Translations under genes and position numbers: made by a program
Notes under the pieces: generated by a model
Told to the model about the DNA's origin: nothing
The model's database searches: none
The model's input: only the letters and a program-made list of their open reading frames with translations
DNA from: Chromatiales bacterium
GTDB taxonomy: Bacteria; Pseudomonadota; Gammaproteobacteria; CAMYNG01
Length of the DNA stretch: 64,000 nucleotides
Assembly (NCBI GenBank): GCA_027005735.1
Contig: JALTLF010000218.1
Span: forward strand, 22,935 to 86,934
Direction of reading: 5' to 3'
Part shown: positions 1-10,859 of the stretch, in pieces
How the letters are laid out: every line of letters begins with the position of its first letter
Numbering within the stretch: position 1 is the stretch's first letter

Positions 1-1651
1 CCAGCGGCGGCGAGGCGAGGTAGTTCATGCGTACCTCGGCATGCACGCGTCCCTCGAAGTTGCGGTTGCCGGAGAGCACCGAGGTCACGGTGAGGTTGTT
101 GTCGGCGATGGCGCGGCTCACCGCCTCGGGCAGGGGGCCGGAATTGCCGATGCAGGTGGTGCAGCCGTAACCGACCACGTAGAAGCCCAGGGCCTCGAGA
201 TCGTCCATGAGGCCGGCCTTCTCGAGATAATCGGTGACCACGCGCGAGCCCGGCCCGAGAGAGGTCTTGACCCAGGGCTTGACGCGCAGGCCGCGCTCGC
301 GGGCCTTCTTCGCCACCAGGCCGGCGCCCAGCATCACCGAGGGGTTGGAGGTGTTGGTGCAGGAGGTAATGGCGGCGATGACCACGGCGCCGTCCTCGAG
401 GGTGACTTCCTCGCCGTCGAGGGTGAGGCGGCCCGCGCCGCTGGATTCAATCTTGCGTTCCTGCTTCAGCCTCGCGAGGGCGTCGTTGAACATGTCGCGC
501 GATTTCGACAGGGGCACGCGATCCTGCGGGCGCTTGGGGCCGGCGAGGCTTGGCACAATGCTGGCGAGATCCAGCGACAGGGTGCTGCTGTAGCGCGCCG
601 CCGGCTGGCTGCCGTCGGCGAACATGCCCTGGGCCTTTGCGTAGGCCTCCACCAGCCGGATCTGCTCCTCGTCGCGGCCCGACAGGCGCAGGTAGTTGAG
701 GGTCTCGGCATCGATGGGGAAGATGCCGCAGGTGGCGCCATACTCCGGCGCCATGTTGGCGATGGTGGCGCGGTCCGCCAGCGGCAGCTGGGCGAGGCCC
801 TCGCCGTAGAACTCGACGAACTTGCCCACCACGCCGTGCCGACGCAGCATCTCGACGATGGTCAGCACCAGGTCGGTGGCGGTGGCGCCTTCGGGCAGGG
901 CGCCGGTGAGCTCGAAGCCCACCACCTGCGGGATGAGCATGGAGATGGGCTGCCCCAGCATGGCCGCCTCGGCCTCGATGCCGCCCACGCCCCAGCCCAG
1001 CACGCCGATGCCGTTGATCATGGTGGTGTGGGAATCGGTGCCGACGAGGGTATCGGGATAGGCCTGCAGGACGCCGTCGTTTTCCTGCGCGAACACGGTA
1101 CGCGCCAGGTGTTCCAGGTTGACCTGGTGGACGATGCCGGTCTCGGGCGGCACGACGCGGAAGTTGGCGAAGGCCTGCTGGCCCCACTTGAGGAAGCTGT
1201 AGCGCTCGGTGTTGCGTTCGTATTCCAGCGTCTCGTTGGCGGCGAAGGCGTCCCGGTTGCCGAACCTGTCCACCTGCACCGAGTGATCGATGACCAGCTC
1301 GGCGGGCTGGAGAGGATTGATGCGGTCCGGATCGCCGCCGAGGGCCTGCATGGCGTCGCGCATGGCGGCGAGATCCACCACTGCGGGTACGCCGGTGAAG
1401 TCCTGCATGAGGACGCGCGCGGGACGAAAGGCGATCTCGCGATCCGGTTCGGCCTCCGCCTGCCAGCCGGCCAGCGCCTCGATGTCGGCCTTCTCCACGG
1501 TGACGCCATCCTCGAAGCGCAGCAGGTTCTCCAGCAGGATCTTGAGGGAATAGGGCAGTGTCTCGCTGCCGGCCACCTTGTCGAGGCGGTAGATTTCGTA
1601 GTCCTTGCCGTTGACCGAGAGGCGGTCACGGGCGCCAAAACTGTCGCTCAT
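1..1651 (-). CDS. acnA: Aconitate hydratase A, N-terminal ~550 aa; C-terminus lies beyond the window start
   Basis: Reverse-strand translation from the ATG at 1651 reads [49 protein letters not shown]... and continues through [26 protein letters not shown] and [16 protein letters not shown], the classic aconitase Fe-S ligand motifs. The frame is not in the ORF track because no stop lies inside the window. Overlapping plus-strand ORFs (41..1963 etc.) are high-GC mirror artefacts. Confidence 0.9.
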   Translation of the reverse strand, partial: MSDSFGARDRLSVNGKDYEIYRLDKVAGSETLPYSLKILLENLLRFEDGVTVEKADIEALAGWQAEAEPDREIAFRPARVLMQDFTGVPAVVDLAAMRDAMQALGGDPDRINPLQPAELVIDHSVQVDRFGNRDAFAANETLEYERNTERYSFLKWGQQAFANFRVVPPETGIVHQVNLEHLARTVFAQENDGVLQAYPDTLVGTDSHTTMINGIGVLGWGVGGIEAEAAMLGQPISMLIPQVVGFELTGALPEGATATDLVLTIVEMLRRHGVVGKFVEFYGEGLAQLPLADRATIANMAPEYGATCGIFPIDAETLNYLRLSGRDEEQIRLVEAYAKAQGMFADGSQPAARYSSTLSLDLASIVPSLAGPKRPQDRVPLSKSRDMFNDALARLKQERKIESSGAGRLTLDGEEVTLEDGAVVIAAITSCTNTSNPSVMLGAGLVAKKARERGLRVKPWVKTSLGPGSRVVTDYLEKAGLMDDLEALGFYVVGYGCTTCIGNSGPLPEAVSRAIADNNLTVTSVLSGNRNFEGRVHAEVRMNYLASPPL

Positions 1652-1787
1652 GCTTACTCCTGCCTGGGTTTGCGGCCACGGCTGCGGTGGCCATGCACAA
1701 TGAGGGCGCGATTATACGCGAAATGGCCCCGGCGTGGGACTCGGCGAGGGGGTGGCGCGCCGGGGTGCCGCGAAAGTCGAACGCGAT

Positions 1788-2429
1788 TCAGCTGTAGCGG
1801 CGCGGCAGCTCGGTGTGCAGCAGGTGCTCGGCGGCGGCCACGTAGCGGCCGCGCTGGAAGAGGATATGCCAGCGCCGGCCACCCACCTGGCGAAACAGCA
1901 CCGCGGCGCGAAATCCCGCCAGCAGGATGGCGCGGATCTTGTTGGCGTTGGCCTCGTTGTTGAGGTGCAGCGGTTCGCCGGTGACCATGATGCGCGGGCT
2001 GAGGGTGCTGATGGTGTCGGCGTAGAGCTGGCCGAGGCGTGCCAGCATGTTCTCGTGGGTGATGGGGAAGTGGCTGAGTTGCGCCCTGACGTCTTCCAGC
2101 CCGCTGAAGATGCGCGCCATGAGATCCCCGCGGCGCGCCAGCTTGCGTTCCAGGTGCAGGATGCCAACCACGTAGCGCGTGGTTTCGATGTCCCGTTGCG
2201 TGCTTTCCACGCCCAGTTGCGCGATGAGCACCTCGAGGCCGCGGCGCAGCTGGATGAGATTGCCGAAGACCGACTCGGTATCGGGGGGATCCTCCACCAG
2301 CAGGGAGTTGAGGCTGGTCTCCAGGTCATGGGGATTGGCGTTGCCGCTGTGGGAGACCTCGCGCACCAGGTCGGCGGCCTGGAAGACGCCGGCCAGCGCG
2401 ATGGTCCTGTCAGTGATGGAGCCTTTCAT
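1788..2429 (-). CDS. hflD: High-frequency lysogenization protein HflD
   Basis: MKGSITDRTIALAGVFQAADLVREVSHSGNANPHDLETSLNSLL... aligns along its length with E. coli HflD. Position after mnmA is the conserved mnmA-hflD pair. Start placed at the internal ATG 68 codons into ORF 1788..2633. Confidence 0.85.
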   Translation of the reverse strand: MKGSITDRTIALAGVFQAADLVREVSHSGNANPHDLETSLNSLLVEDPPDTESVFGNLIQLRRGLEVLIAQLGVESTQRDIETTRYVVGILHLERKLARRGDLMARIFSGLEDVRAQLSHFPITHENMLARLGQLYADTISTLSPRIMVTGEPLHLNNEANANKIRAILLAGFRAAVLFRQVGGRRWHILFQRGRYVAAAEHLLHTELPRRYS

Positions 2430-2431
2430 TC

Positions 2432-3550
2432 TTATTCTATTCCCCGTGGTGACTGCTCGGTGGCCTCGATGGTGCCCCCGCCGAGGCAACGCTCGCCATT
2501 GTACAGGACCACTGCCTGTCCCGGCATCACCGCCCACTGGGGCTGGGCGAAGACCACGCGGATGCGATCCTCGCCCAGCGCTTCGACGCGGCAGGCGGCA
2601 TCGGGGTGTCGGTAGCGGACCCTGGCGGTGCACTCCAGGGGCAGGGGCGGCGCCGCGCCCGCCACCCAGTGCAGGGCGTCGGCCTCCAGCCAGCGGCTGT
2701 AGAGCAGGGGGTGTTCATGACCCTGGGCGACGATGAGACGGTTGCGGGCGAGATCCTTGCCCACCACGTACCAGGGTTCTTCCGGGTAGTCCCGCAGACC
2801 ACCGATGCCGAGGCCCTGGCGCTGGCCGAGGGTGTAGTACATGAGGCCGTGGTGGCGACCGATCCGGTCGCCCTCGGGCGTTACCATCTCGCCGGGGCTG
2901 GCAGGCAGGTAGCGCTCGAGGAAGGCGCGAAAGTCGCGCTCGCCGATGAAGCAGATCCCGGTGCTGTCCTTCTTGTCGTGGGTGACGAGGCCGTGGCTTG
3001 CGGCCAGGCGCCGCACCTCGGGCTTGCTGAGCTCGCCGAGGGGGAACAGCGCACGCGCCAACTGGCGCTGGCCGAGGGTATAGAGAAAATAGGACTGGTC
3101 CTTGTTGGTGTCGCGGCCACGGCACAGCACATACTCGCCGTCGTGTTCCTCGATGCGCGCGTAGTGGCCGGTGGCGATGTAGTCGGCGCCCTGGTCCAGG
3201 GCGTAGTCGAGAAAGGCGGCGAACTTGATCTCCCGGTTGCACAGGATGTCGGGGTTGGGCGTCTTGCCCGCGCGGTAGCTCTCCAGGAAATAAGTGAACA
3301 CGCGATCCCAGTACTCGGCGGCGAAGTTGATCCCGTTGAGGGGGATGCCGAGGGTCTCGCACACCTGGCGCGCGTCGCGCAGATCCGTCTCGGCGCTGCA
3401 ATGGGTGTCGGTATCGTCCTCTTCCCAGTTTTTCATGAACACGCCACGCAGCTCGGCGCCCTGTTCCCTGAGCAGGAGTGCGGCCACGGAGGAATCGACC
3501 CCGCCGGACATGCCGATGATGACCTTGCTGTGGGCTGGGATCTTGCGCAT
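2432..3550 (-). CDS. mnmA: tRNA-specific 2-thiouridylase MnmA
   Basis: [27 protein letters not shown] (PP-loop SGGxDS), catalytic Cys region and C-terminal barrel are typical of MnmA. Start taken at the internal M preceding the PP-loop. Its stop abuts the hflD start (2429/2432), suggesting coupled expression. Confidence 0.9.
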   Translation of the reverse strand: MRKIPAHSKVIIGMSGGVDSSVAALLLREQGAELRGVFMKNWEEDDTDTHCSAETDLRDARQVCETLGIPLNGINFAAEYWDRVFTYFLESYRAGKTPNPDILCNREIKFAAFLDYALDQGADYIATGHYARIEEHDGEYVLCRGRDTNKDQSYFLYTLGQRQLARALFPLGELSKPEVRRLAASHGLVTHDKKDSTGICFIGERDFRAFLERYLPASPGEMVTPEGDRIGRHHGLMYYTLGQRQGLGIGGLRDYPEEPWYVVGKDLARNRLIVAQGHEHPLLYSRWLEADALHWVAGAAPPLPLECTARVRYRHPDAACRVEALGEDRIRVVFAQPQWAVMPGQAVVLYNGERCLGGGTIEATEQSPRGIE

Positions 3551-3640
3551 GAAAAACCGCCAAACGGGCCGGGGCGTGAGAGGAGGAACCCGGGAAGGCG
3601 CAATCATACCCCCTTGCCGGGCAGGCTGCATCTCGCGGTT

Positions 3641-4099
3641 TCAACCCGCGCCGGGGATATCCCGCAGCAGGTCGAGATGGTAGCGCCGGCCCGCCAGGTA
3701 GTCGTCGATGCAGCGCATGACCAGCGGGCTGCGCAGCGGCAGGCCGGCGAGTTCCGCGTAGGGCTTCCAGTGGGTGGCGACGATGGCCGAATCCAGTGGC
3801 CGGGCCGCGGCATCGCGGCGGATCTGGCCGCCGAAACAGAAGCGCAGGAAACAGGGACTGTCGGCGTCCCGTTGCCAGCGATAGATACCCACCAGGTAGC
3901 CGGGGGTGAAATGCAGGCCGGTTTCTTCCCGGGTTTCGCGTTGCACGGCCTCGATGAGGCTTTCGCCTTCTTCCAGGTGACCGGCGGGCTGGTTGAAGAC
4001 CCGCTGTCCGGCATCACGCTCTTCCACCAGCAGGAAGCATCCCGCCTCCTCGATGATGGCGGCCACCGTGGCGCGGGGTGTCCAGCGAGTTTCCGTCAT
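3641..4099 (-). CDS. NUDIX hydrolase (NudJ-like)
   Basis: Nudix box GHLEEGESLIEAVQRETREETG (GX5EX7REUXEEXGU). Sits upstream of mnmA exactly as nudJ does in E. coli. Confidence 0.8.
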   Translation of the reverse strand: MTETRWTPRATVAAIIEEAGCFLLVEERDAGQRVFNQPAGHLEEGESLIEAVQRETREETGLHFTPGYLVGIYRWQRDADSPCFLRFCFGGQIRRDAAARPLDSAIVATHWKPYAELAGLPLRSPLVMRCIDDYLAGRRYHLDLLRDIPGAG

Positions 4100-4809
4100 C
4101 AGCCGTGTTTGAGCAACGAGGCGACCTGTTCGCGCAGGAAGTGGTTTTCGTCTTCCAGTGAGAAAATGCAGTGGGACAGTTCGCGGTGGCTGTTGGCCAG
4201 GGTATTCAGGCGTTTCTTCAGTTCTTCGGGGCCAAGCTCGCCTTCCTCTTCGTCAAGCGTACTCAGAAACCGTTCCAGTTCTTCCTGCTGTTGCTTCATC
4301 AGGGCCCGGAGTTCCGCGATCTCGTCCTCGTCCTCGTCCTCGTCCCCGGTCTCCGTGACCGGGATGCGTTTCACCAGGTGGCAGCCGGTGAGCAGGCGGC
4401 GGATACCCTCGGCCAGGCGCTTCCAGAAGACGTCTTCGCGCGCCGTGTCCTGCAGGAGTTCCGCTTCGAGACCCAGGTAGCGGTCCCGCAGGGAAAGCAG
4501 ATCCGCCTCGGTGAGCTCCGGCTCCAGCGGCACGCCCTCGGGGTAGAGGCTCTCCAGCCGCCCCCTGGTGAGCTTGATCTCGGTGGCGAGGTAGTGCGCC
4601 GTACTGGTGTCTGGCCGCTCACCGTCAGTGGCGTTTTCCGCCTCGTCCATCTGCCGGCCGCGTTTCAGCCGGCGGAGGCGGAAGTACAGCCAGCCGCTGA
4701 GCAGGGCGAGGACCACGAGGAGCTGGATATAGAGGGCGATGGCAAGGGGGGAGAGGGTGATCACGGCATCCTGCCTTCCGGGGTGTGGATAGAGGGGCGC
4801 ACGAGACAA
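4099..4809 (-). CDS. Hypothetical membrane-anchored coiled-coil protein with an acidic DEDEDEDE tract
   Basis: One N-terminal TM helix (LSPLAIALYIQLLVVLALLSGWLYF), then charged coiled-coil-like sequence and a TGDEDEDEDEIAELRAL tract. Strong GC3 bias. The track start is TTG; a GTG near 4764 with an AGGA upstream is a plausible alternative. No recognisable family. Confidence 0.55.
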   Translation of the reverse strand: MSRAPLYPHPGRQDAVITLSPLAIALYIQLLVVLALLSGWLYFRLRRLKRGRQMDEAENATDGERPDTSTAHYLATEIKLTRGRLESLYPEGVPLEPELTEADLLSLRDRYLGLEAELLQDTAREDVFWKRLAEGIRRLLTGCHLVKRIPVTETGDEDEDEDEIAELRALMKQQQEELERFLSTLDEEEGELGPEELKKRLNTLANSHRELSHCIFSLEDENHFLREQVASLLKHG

Positions 4810-4851
4810 AGTGTAGTCATAAAACCGGGCAGGAAAAAGCGCGCGCCCATG

Positions 4852-5478
4852 TCAGCTCCGTCGTGGGCCGTGTCGTCGCCCCCGCTGTCCCGGGCGACTT
4901 CCGCCCGCGCGCCGCTTCCTGCCGCCTCGCGCCAGCGGTGGCACCTCGAGGCAGCGCCACTGGCCGGGGGCGAGGCCATCCAGCGTCCAGTCGCCCACGG
5001 CGTAGCGCACCAGCCGCAGGGTGGGATGCCCCACCGCCGCGGTCATGCGGCGGACCTGCCGATTGCGGCCCTCCCGCAGGCGGATTTCCAGCCAACTGGT
5101 GGGGATATGGCGCCGGAAGCGGATGGGCGGATCGCGAGGCCAGAGATCGGGTGCCGCCATGCGCCGGGCTTCGGCGGGGCGGGTGGGACCGTCCTTGAGC
5201 ACCACGCCGTGGCGCAGTCGCGCCAGCGCGCTGTCGTCGGGAATGTTCTCCACCTGGACCCAGTAGGTCTTGGGCAGCTTGTGGCGGGGATCGGCGATAC
5301 GCTGCTGCCAGCGGCCGTCGTCGGTGAGCAGCAGCAGCCCCTCGCTGTCGTGGTCCAGGCGCCCGGCCGGATACACACCAGGGATATCAACAAGTTCGGC
5401 AAGCCCGGGGTGATGCCCGTCGCTGCGAAACTGGCTGAGGACGCCGAAGGGCTTGTTGAGCAGAACGATACGGGCCAT
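4852..5478 (-). CDS. rluE: 23S rRNA pseudouridine synthase RluE (RsuA/RluE family)
   Basis: MARIVLLNKPFGVLSQF...GRLDHDSEGLLLLTDDG contains the catalytic Asp motif of RsuA/RluB/RluE-type pseudouridine synthases; the C-terminal Arg-rich tail is typical of RluE. Position nudJ-side matches E. coli. Confidence 0.8.
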   Translation of the reverse strand: MARIVLLNKPFGVLSQFRSDGHHPGLAELVDIPGVYPAGRLDHDSEGLLLLTDDGRWQQRIADPRHKLPKTYWVQVENIPDDSALARLRHGVVLKDGPTRPAEARRMAAPDLWPRDPPIRFRRHIPTSWLEIRLREGRNRQVRRMTAAVGHPTLRLVRYAVGDWTLDGLAPGQWRCLEVPPLARGGRKRRAGGSRPGQRGRRHGPRRS

Positions 5479-5560
5479 GGGCGCATGTTAATGCCCACGT
5501 AAACTCTCAGCAATTTGTGGGCCCGGCCGATAAATATCAGGGTAGACGGTCACCGCAGGG

Positions 5561-8548
5561 TTGAGCAGGGATCCCCACATGCAGCAGACTCCCCCGGCAG
5601 GCAACACGCGCTCCAGTATCCGGCGCCATTTCATGGTGCTCATGGCTGCGGTGTTTGTCGCGCTGCTGCTGGCGGTCTGGTACACCGAGAAACTGGTGCG
5701 CGATACCGCGGTGGAGGCGCGTCTGCAGGCCGACACCGAGGAACAGGTCACCGCCCGCCTGGCGGAACTGAAAAACCGCCTGCAGACCACCGAGACCGCG
5801 GTCTATGAGTACCTGCTGTTGTTCGATCCCGAACAGCGTCGGACCATCGACAAGCGGCTTGAAAACGCCACCGTGGCATTAAATGTCCTCAACCGCTTTT
5901 CCACCCAGTCCCCTTACGAGGGATTCGTTCGTGACCTGGAAGAACTGAAGACCCGGTATCAGGAAATGGAGGCGGGGGTGCGCGAAGCCGTGACGGTGGC
6001 CTCGCGGGCGGAGACGCGGTTCCCGGCAATGAATATCCTGCTCGATGAACTCTATGTCAGCAACGCGAGTTTTTCGCGTGCCGTGGAATCGGCCATTGAA
6101 GAAGCACGCGAAATGCACACCATGCCCCGGCAGCGCGAGATCAACGAGCTGCTGTGGAAAATCCGCTACTACTGGTCGCAGCAGATCAGCGCCTTTCGTA
6201 TCTTCGTCGCCAATCGCTCTGGTGTCTTTGGCACGCCTGACAAATCGCTGGGCGACAACCTGGCCAATATCAAGATCTATTTCGAGGAGATACAACGCCT
6301 GCTTGGTGAGTTACGCAAGTACGATGAAGAAGACCTGCTTGGCTTGCAGCAATCCGAGTCGCTGGCGGAGATGGAGCTGCAACGGGAACTCTACGTGCGT
6401 GGTTTCAATCGTGCCGCGGAGATCTATCTCTCCGATCGCTGGCGGGCCGATATTCCCATCGTGCGCGAGCGGATCCAGCCGGCCTTCCTCGCGCTGCATC
6501 ATCATATCGGCGAGATAGAGAACAGCCTGGCGCAGCGTAGCGAGTCCACCATGGCCAATACCCTGGGTACGACGGAAACCCTGTCGCGTTTCATCTGGCT
6601 GTTGACGGCTTTCGTCAGTCTGCTGCTGTATCTTGCCTACCTGGCATTCGAGCGCATCATCCGCAGGCCCATGCTGCAGGTCAGCCGTGCCATGGAGGCC
6701 GAGGCCACCGGCCAGGGATCGCGGCCCTTGCCGACGCAGGCCTACCAGACCGAGGAGACCCGTAACCTCATCACCGCCTTCGAACACATGCGCCGCGAGG
6801 TGAATTCCCGCCAGCAGCGCCTCGAGTCCATCCTCGACAATGCCGCCGAGGGCATCGTCGTCATCGACGCCCGCGGCTTCATCGAGTCGGCCAATTCCGC
6901 GGCGCAGGCCCTGTTCGGCTTCTCGGAGGACGAGATGAAGGGCCGGCATATCCGTCGCATGGTGACGAAGGGAAGCTGGAAGAAGTTCCTGTCGCTCTAC
7001 AATCATGGCCGCCGGGGCGCGGCGCAACACATCGAAGGCATCGAAGACGAATTCTATGGGCGGCGCAAGAACGGTGAGGCCTTTGCCATGGCGGTGAAGG
7101 TCTCGCAAATGGAAATCGAGGGTCGGGTGCTGGCCACGGCCCTGGTTTCCGATGTCAGCGAACGCAAGGCCATGGTGGAGAGCCTGCGGCGCATGGCCGA
7201 GCACGACGCCCTCACCGGGCTCTACAACCGCCAGTACCTGCTCGACGAGCTGGAACGGGTTCATGCCTCGGCGCAACGCAGTGGCCGCTACCACTCGGCG
7301 CTGATTTATATCGACCTCGATCATTTCAAGTACGTCAACGATACGCTTGGTCACCTGGCCGGCGACAAGGTGCTGGTGGAGGTCACCGAACTCCTGCGCG
7401 ATCGCCTGCGCAAGGAAGACATACTCGCCCGTCTGGGTGGTGATGAATTCGCCATCCTGCTCTATGACATCAGCCCCACGCAGCTACCGCAGGTGGCCGA
7501 TGCCTATCGCCGGCGCCTGTCGGGTTACGTATTCCGCCATGACGGTGAGGCAGTGGACGTGGGTTGTTCCATTGGCGCGGCGATGCTCGAGCCCGACGTC
7601 GCTTCGAAGGAGGACCTGCTGGCGCGCGCGGACCTGGCCTGCCATATCGCCAAGCACGGTGGCCGCAACCGTATCCACGTATATACCGCCCACGACAGCC
7701 GCAACATGGACGTCATGTCCGCCGACATGGGCTGGGCGCGGCGTATCAAGTCCGCCATCGAGGAGGATCGTTTCATTCTTGCGCGCCAGCCCATCATTGA
7801 ACTCTCCAGCGGCCGTATCAGCCGCTATGAACTCCTGCTGCGCATGCTCGACGAGGAGGGGGACATCATCATGCCCGGCGGTTTTCTCTCCTCGGCGGAG
7901 CGTTTCAGCCTGTCGGTGGATATCGACAAGTGGGTCATCGGCGCGGCCATGGAACGCGTGGCGCAGAGCCTGCGGGAAGGACGCCGGGTTTCCTATGCCA
8001 TCAACCTCAGCGCCGATTCCATCGGCTCGCCCGAAGTGATGCAGCTGATCAAGTCGCGTGTGCGGGAACTGCGGATCCCGCCGGAGATCCTCGTCTTCGA
8101 GATCACCGAGACGGTGGCGATCCGCAACCTGTCCAGCGCCGCCGATTTCATTACCGAGTTGCGCAATCTGGGTTGCCTGGCTGCCCTCGACGACTTCGGT
8201 TCGGGCTATTGTTCCTTCGCCTACCTGGAGGACATTCCCGTCGACATGATCAAGATCGACGGTTCCTTCGTGCGCGATCTGAAAGACGATGACCTGCACC
8301 AGACCATCGTGCGCGCCATCAACGATATTTCCCATGCCATGGGCAAACGGACCATCGCCGAGTTCGTCGAGGACCAGGAGACGATGGAACTGTTGAAGCA
8401 GATCGGCGTGGACATGGCCCAGGGCTACGCCATCGGTCGCCCGGAACTGCTGGGACGCACGGACGAGGAACGCATCGACGCCGACCGGAATCCGGACAAC
8501 ATCGTGCCCTTCGGCAAACAGCGCGGCTCACGTGCCGCCGACGACTGA
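5561..8548 (+). CDS. Membrane sensor with HAMP-PAS-GGDEF-EAL domains (c-di-GMP cyclase/phosphodiesterase)
   Basis: Two TM segments bracket a ~300-aa extracytoplasmic region. Then a HAMP-like linker, a PAS domain (ILDNAAEGIVVIDARGFIESANSAAQALFGF), a GGDEF domain with an intact RLGGDEF motif, and an EAL domain (ELLLRM, EITE, DDFGSG motifs). The true start may be the MQQT or MVLMAAV methionine a few codons in. Confidence 0.85.
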   Translation: MSRDPHMQQTPPAGNTRSSIRRHFMVLMAAVFVALLLAVWYTEKLVRDTAVEARLQADTEEQVTARLAELKNRLQTTETAVYEYLLLFDPEQRRTIDKRLENATVALNVLNRFSTQSPYEGFVRDLEELKTRYQEMEAGVREAVTVASRAETRFPAMNILLDELYVSNASFSRAVESAIEEAREMHTMPRQREINELLWKIRYYWSQQISAFRIFVANRSGVFGTPDKSLGDNLANIKIYFEEIQRLLGELRKYDEEDLLGLQQSESLAEMELQRELYVRGFNRAAEIYLSDRWRADIPIVRERIQPAFLALHHHIGEIENSLAQRSESTMANTLGTTETLSRFIWLLTAFVSLLLYLAYLAFERIIRRPMLQVSRAMEAEATGQGSRPLPTQAYQTEETRNLITAFEHMRREVNSRQQRLESILDNAAEGIVVIDARGFIESANSAAQALFGFSEDEMKGRHIRRMVTKGSWKKFLSLYNHGRRGAAQHIEGIEDEFYGRRKNGEAFAMAVKVSQMEIEGRVLATALVSDVSERKAMVESLRRMAEHDALTGLYNRQYLLDELERVHASAQRSGRYHSALIYIDLDHFKYVNDTLGHLAGDKVLVEVTELLRDRLRKEDILARLGGDEFAILLYDISPTQLPQVADAYRRRLSGYVFRHDGEAVDVGCSIGAAMLEPDVASKEDLLARADLACHIAKHGGRNRIHVYTAHDSRNMDVMSADMGWARRIKSAIEEDRFILARQPIIELSSGRISRYELLLRMLDEEGDIIMPGGFLSSAERFSLSVDIDKWVIGAAMERVAQSLREGRRVSYAINLSADSIGSPEVMQLIKSRVRELRIPPEILVFEITETVAIRNLSSAADFITELRNLGCLAALDDFGSGYCSFAYLEDIPVDMIKIDGSFVRDLKDDDLHQTIVRAINDISHAMGKRTIAEFVEDQETMELLKQIGVDMAQGYAIGRPELLGRTDEERIDADRNPDNIVPFGKQRGSRAADD

Positions 8549-8629
8549 GCCCCGTGCCGGCACGGGTGCCATGGCGTCGGCAAAAATGGTAGTATGCGCG
8601 CCGGTTCACACTGGCTAAAGAGTATCGAC

Positions 8630-9886
8630 ATGGCGTACCAGCATATTTCCGTGCCGCAGGACGGCGAAAAAATCCAGGTCAATCCCGATCATTCCCTGAG
8701 CGTTCCCGCGCGGCCCATCGTCCCCTACATCGAGGGTGACGGCATCGGCGTGGACATCACGCCGGTGATGAAGAAGGTCACCGACGCCGCGGTGGAGAAG
8801 GCCTATGGCGGCGAACGTTCCATCGCCTGGATGGAGATCTACGCCGGCGAGAAGTCCACGCGCGTCTATGGCAAGGACACCTGGTTGCCCGAGGAGACCA
8901 TGGAGGCCATCCGTGAATTCGCCGTTGCCATCAAGGGCCCCCTGACCACGCCCGTGGGCGGCGGCATCCGTTCGCTCAACGTGACCCTGCGCCAGGACCT
9001 CGATCTCTATGTCTGCCTGCGCCCGGTGCGTTACTACGACGGCACGCCGAGCCCGCTGAAGGAACCGGAGAAGACCGACATGGTCATCTTCCGCGAGAAC
9101 TCCGAGGACATCTATGCCGGTATCGAGTGGGCCGCGGGAACCGAGGAAGTGAAGAAGGTCATAGCCTTCCTGCAGGACGAGATGGGCGTGCGCAAGATCC
9201 GCTTCCCCGAGACCTCGGGCATCGGCGTCAAGCCGGTCTCCAGCGAGGGAACGAAACGCCTCGTGCGTCGCGCCATCCAGTACGCCATCGACAATGACCG
9301 CGCCTCGGTGACGCTGGTGCACAAGGGCAACATCATGAAGTTCACCGAGGGGGCCTTCAAGAACTGGGGCTATGAACTGGCGCGCGAGGAGTTCGGCGCC
9401 ACCGAGATCGACGGCGGCCCCTGGTGTCGTCTTACCAACCCGAATACGGGCGGCGAGATCGTCGTCAAGGACGTCATCGCCGACGCCTTCCTGCAGCAGA
9501 TCCTCCTGCGTCCCGAGGACTATGACGTCATCGCGACGTTGAATCTCAACGGCGATTATGTCTCCGACGCCCTGGCGGCGCAGGTGGGCGGCATCGGCAT
9601 CGCGCCGGGGGCCAACCTGTCCGACTCCGTGGCCCTGTTCGAGGCCACCCACGGCACGGCGCCCAAGTATGCCGGCCAGGACAAGGTCAATCCCGGCTCG
9701 CTGATCCTGTCCGCGGAGATGATGTTGCGCCACCTGGGCTGGACCGAGGCCGCCGATCTGGTGGTCAGGGGCATGGCCGGCGCCATCGCCGCCGGCACCG
9801 TGACCTACGATCTCGAGCGTCTCATGGACGGCGCCACGCTGGTAAGCTGTTCCGGCTTTGGCGAGGCGGTCATCGCGAAGATGTAG
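8630..9886 (+). CDS. icd: NADP-dependent isocitrate dehydrogenase
   Basis: Near-colinear with E. coli Icd ([43 protein letters not shown]-terminal [11 protein letters not shown]). Start set at MAYQHISVP, 12 codons into the track ORF. Confidence 0.92.
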   Translation: MAYQHISVPQDGEKIQVNPDHSLSVPARPIVPYIEGDGIGVDITPVMKKVTDAAVEKAYGGERSIAWMEIYAGEKSTRVYGKDTWLPEETMEAIREFAVAIKGPLTTPVGGGIRSLNVTLRQDLDLYVCLRPVRYYDGTPSPLKEPEKTDMVIFRENSEDIYAGIEWAAGTEEVKKVIAFLQDEMGVRKIRFPETSGIGVKPVSSEGTKRLVRRAIQYAIDNDRASVTLVHKGNIMKFTEGAFKNWGYELAREEFGATEIDGGPWCRLTNPNTGGEIVVKDVIADAFLQQILLRPEDYDVIATLNLNGDYVSDALAAQVGGIGIAPGANLSDSVALFEATHGTAPKYAGQDKVNPGSLILSAEMMLRHLGWTEAADLVVRGMAGAIAAGTVTYDLERLMDGATLVSCSGFGEAVIAKM

Positions 9887-9920
9887 CCGGTCCGGCGACC
9901 CGGACAATCCGCATGAAAAT

Positions 9921-9952
9921 GAAAAAGGCGTGCCACGGGGCACGCCTTTTTC
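9921..9952. terminator. Bidirectional rho-independent terminator between icd and cspD
   Basis: GAAAAAGGCGTGCC-ACGG-GGCACGCCTTTTTC: an 8-bp GC stem flanked by an A-run and a T-run, between the convergent icd (+) and cspD (-) genes. Confidence 0.7.
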
Positions 9953-10020
9953 GCTGGCCGGGCGGGGGGCCTGGCCGTGTCAGTCACGGCTTCCCGGCAG
10001 CCGGCCGGGATGCCGCTTGC

Positions 10021-10266
10021 TCAATGGTTGGCGGAACTGGACTCGCCGGCACCGTCGCCGGCGTCATCGGGCCAGATCGCCGTGGCGTGCATGCCCTTGG
10101 GCCCCTGCGTCACGTCGAACTGGACCTTCTGGCCCTTCTTGAGGGTCTTGTAGCCTTCCATATTGATGGCGGAGAAATGCGCAAACACGTCGTCACCCCC
10201 TTCCACCGGTGAGATAAAGCCGTACCCCTTCGCATTACTGAACCACTTGACAGTACCATTCGCCAT
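10021..10266 (-). CDS. cspD: Cold-shock domain protein CspD-like
   Basis: [34 protein letters not shown] carries the RNP1/RNP2 motifs of the CSD. Divergent from clpS-clpA, as in E. coli and Pseudomonas. Confidence 0.85.
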   Translation of the reverse strand: MANGTVKWFSNAKGYGFISPVEGGDDVFAHFSAINMEGYKTLKKGQKVQFDVTQGPKGMHATAIWPDDAGDGAGESSSANH

Positions 10267-10523
10267 GCCTTCCTAGCCTCCTTACATTCGGTCACATCTT
10301 GGGTCTACAATCGCGTTCGTGGCAAAAAACCCACAAAAATAAAGGGAATAAGCGGTCCCTGAGCGGGACTCTCGGTATTTTGTCCCCTTACTATAGTCAA
10401 ATCCGGCCAGGATTCACTATCAGGAAAACCCTAATACCCGGTCCCCCGCGTTGAAATCCAGCCCCGCCGCACCCACATCCCGGGGATAGGGTGTTTTGCC
10501 CGTTTGGGCTACAATCGTGAAAT

Positions 10524-10853
10524 ATGGCAAGCCGTAAAGATATTGAAAAATTCGACGACGGGCTGGCGCTGGAAGAGGCAAAACCGCGCCTCAAGAAGCC
10601 GCCCATGTATAAAGTTGTGCTGCTAAATGACGACTACACCCCTATGGAGTTTGTCGTGCACATCCTCGAGACCTTTTTTGGCATGGATCGTGTAAAGGCA
10701 ACCCGTGTGATGTGGATGGTCCACACCGAAGGCAAGGGGGTCTGTGGCGTCTTCACACGGGATATCGCCGAGACCAAGGTGGTGCAGGTCAACGAGTTCT
10801 CGCGCAAGCATGAGCATCCGCTGATGTGCACCCTCGAAGAATCCGATGGGTGA
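10524..10853 (+). CDS. clpS: ATP-dependent Clp protease adaptor ClpS
   Basis: [23 protein letters not shown] is the ClpS core; the gene lies immediately upstream of clpA. Confidence 0.9.
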   Translation: MASRKDIEKFDDGLALEEAKPRLKKPPMYKVVLLNDDYTPMEFVVHILETFFGMDRVKATRVMWMVHTEGKGVCGVFTRDIAETKVVQVNEFSRKHEHPLMCTLEESDG

Positions 10854-10859
10854 ACAGTT

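Noticed and set aside
41-1963. 640-aa plus-strand ORF, and overlapping ORFs 234..593, 447..1187, 822..1061, 1018..1638
   Set aside because: They lie antisense or out of frame to a clearly readable aconitase ([21 protein letters not shown]). Their low-complexity Gly/Ala/Arg-rich translations are typical of a high-GC, stop-poor antisense frame.
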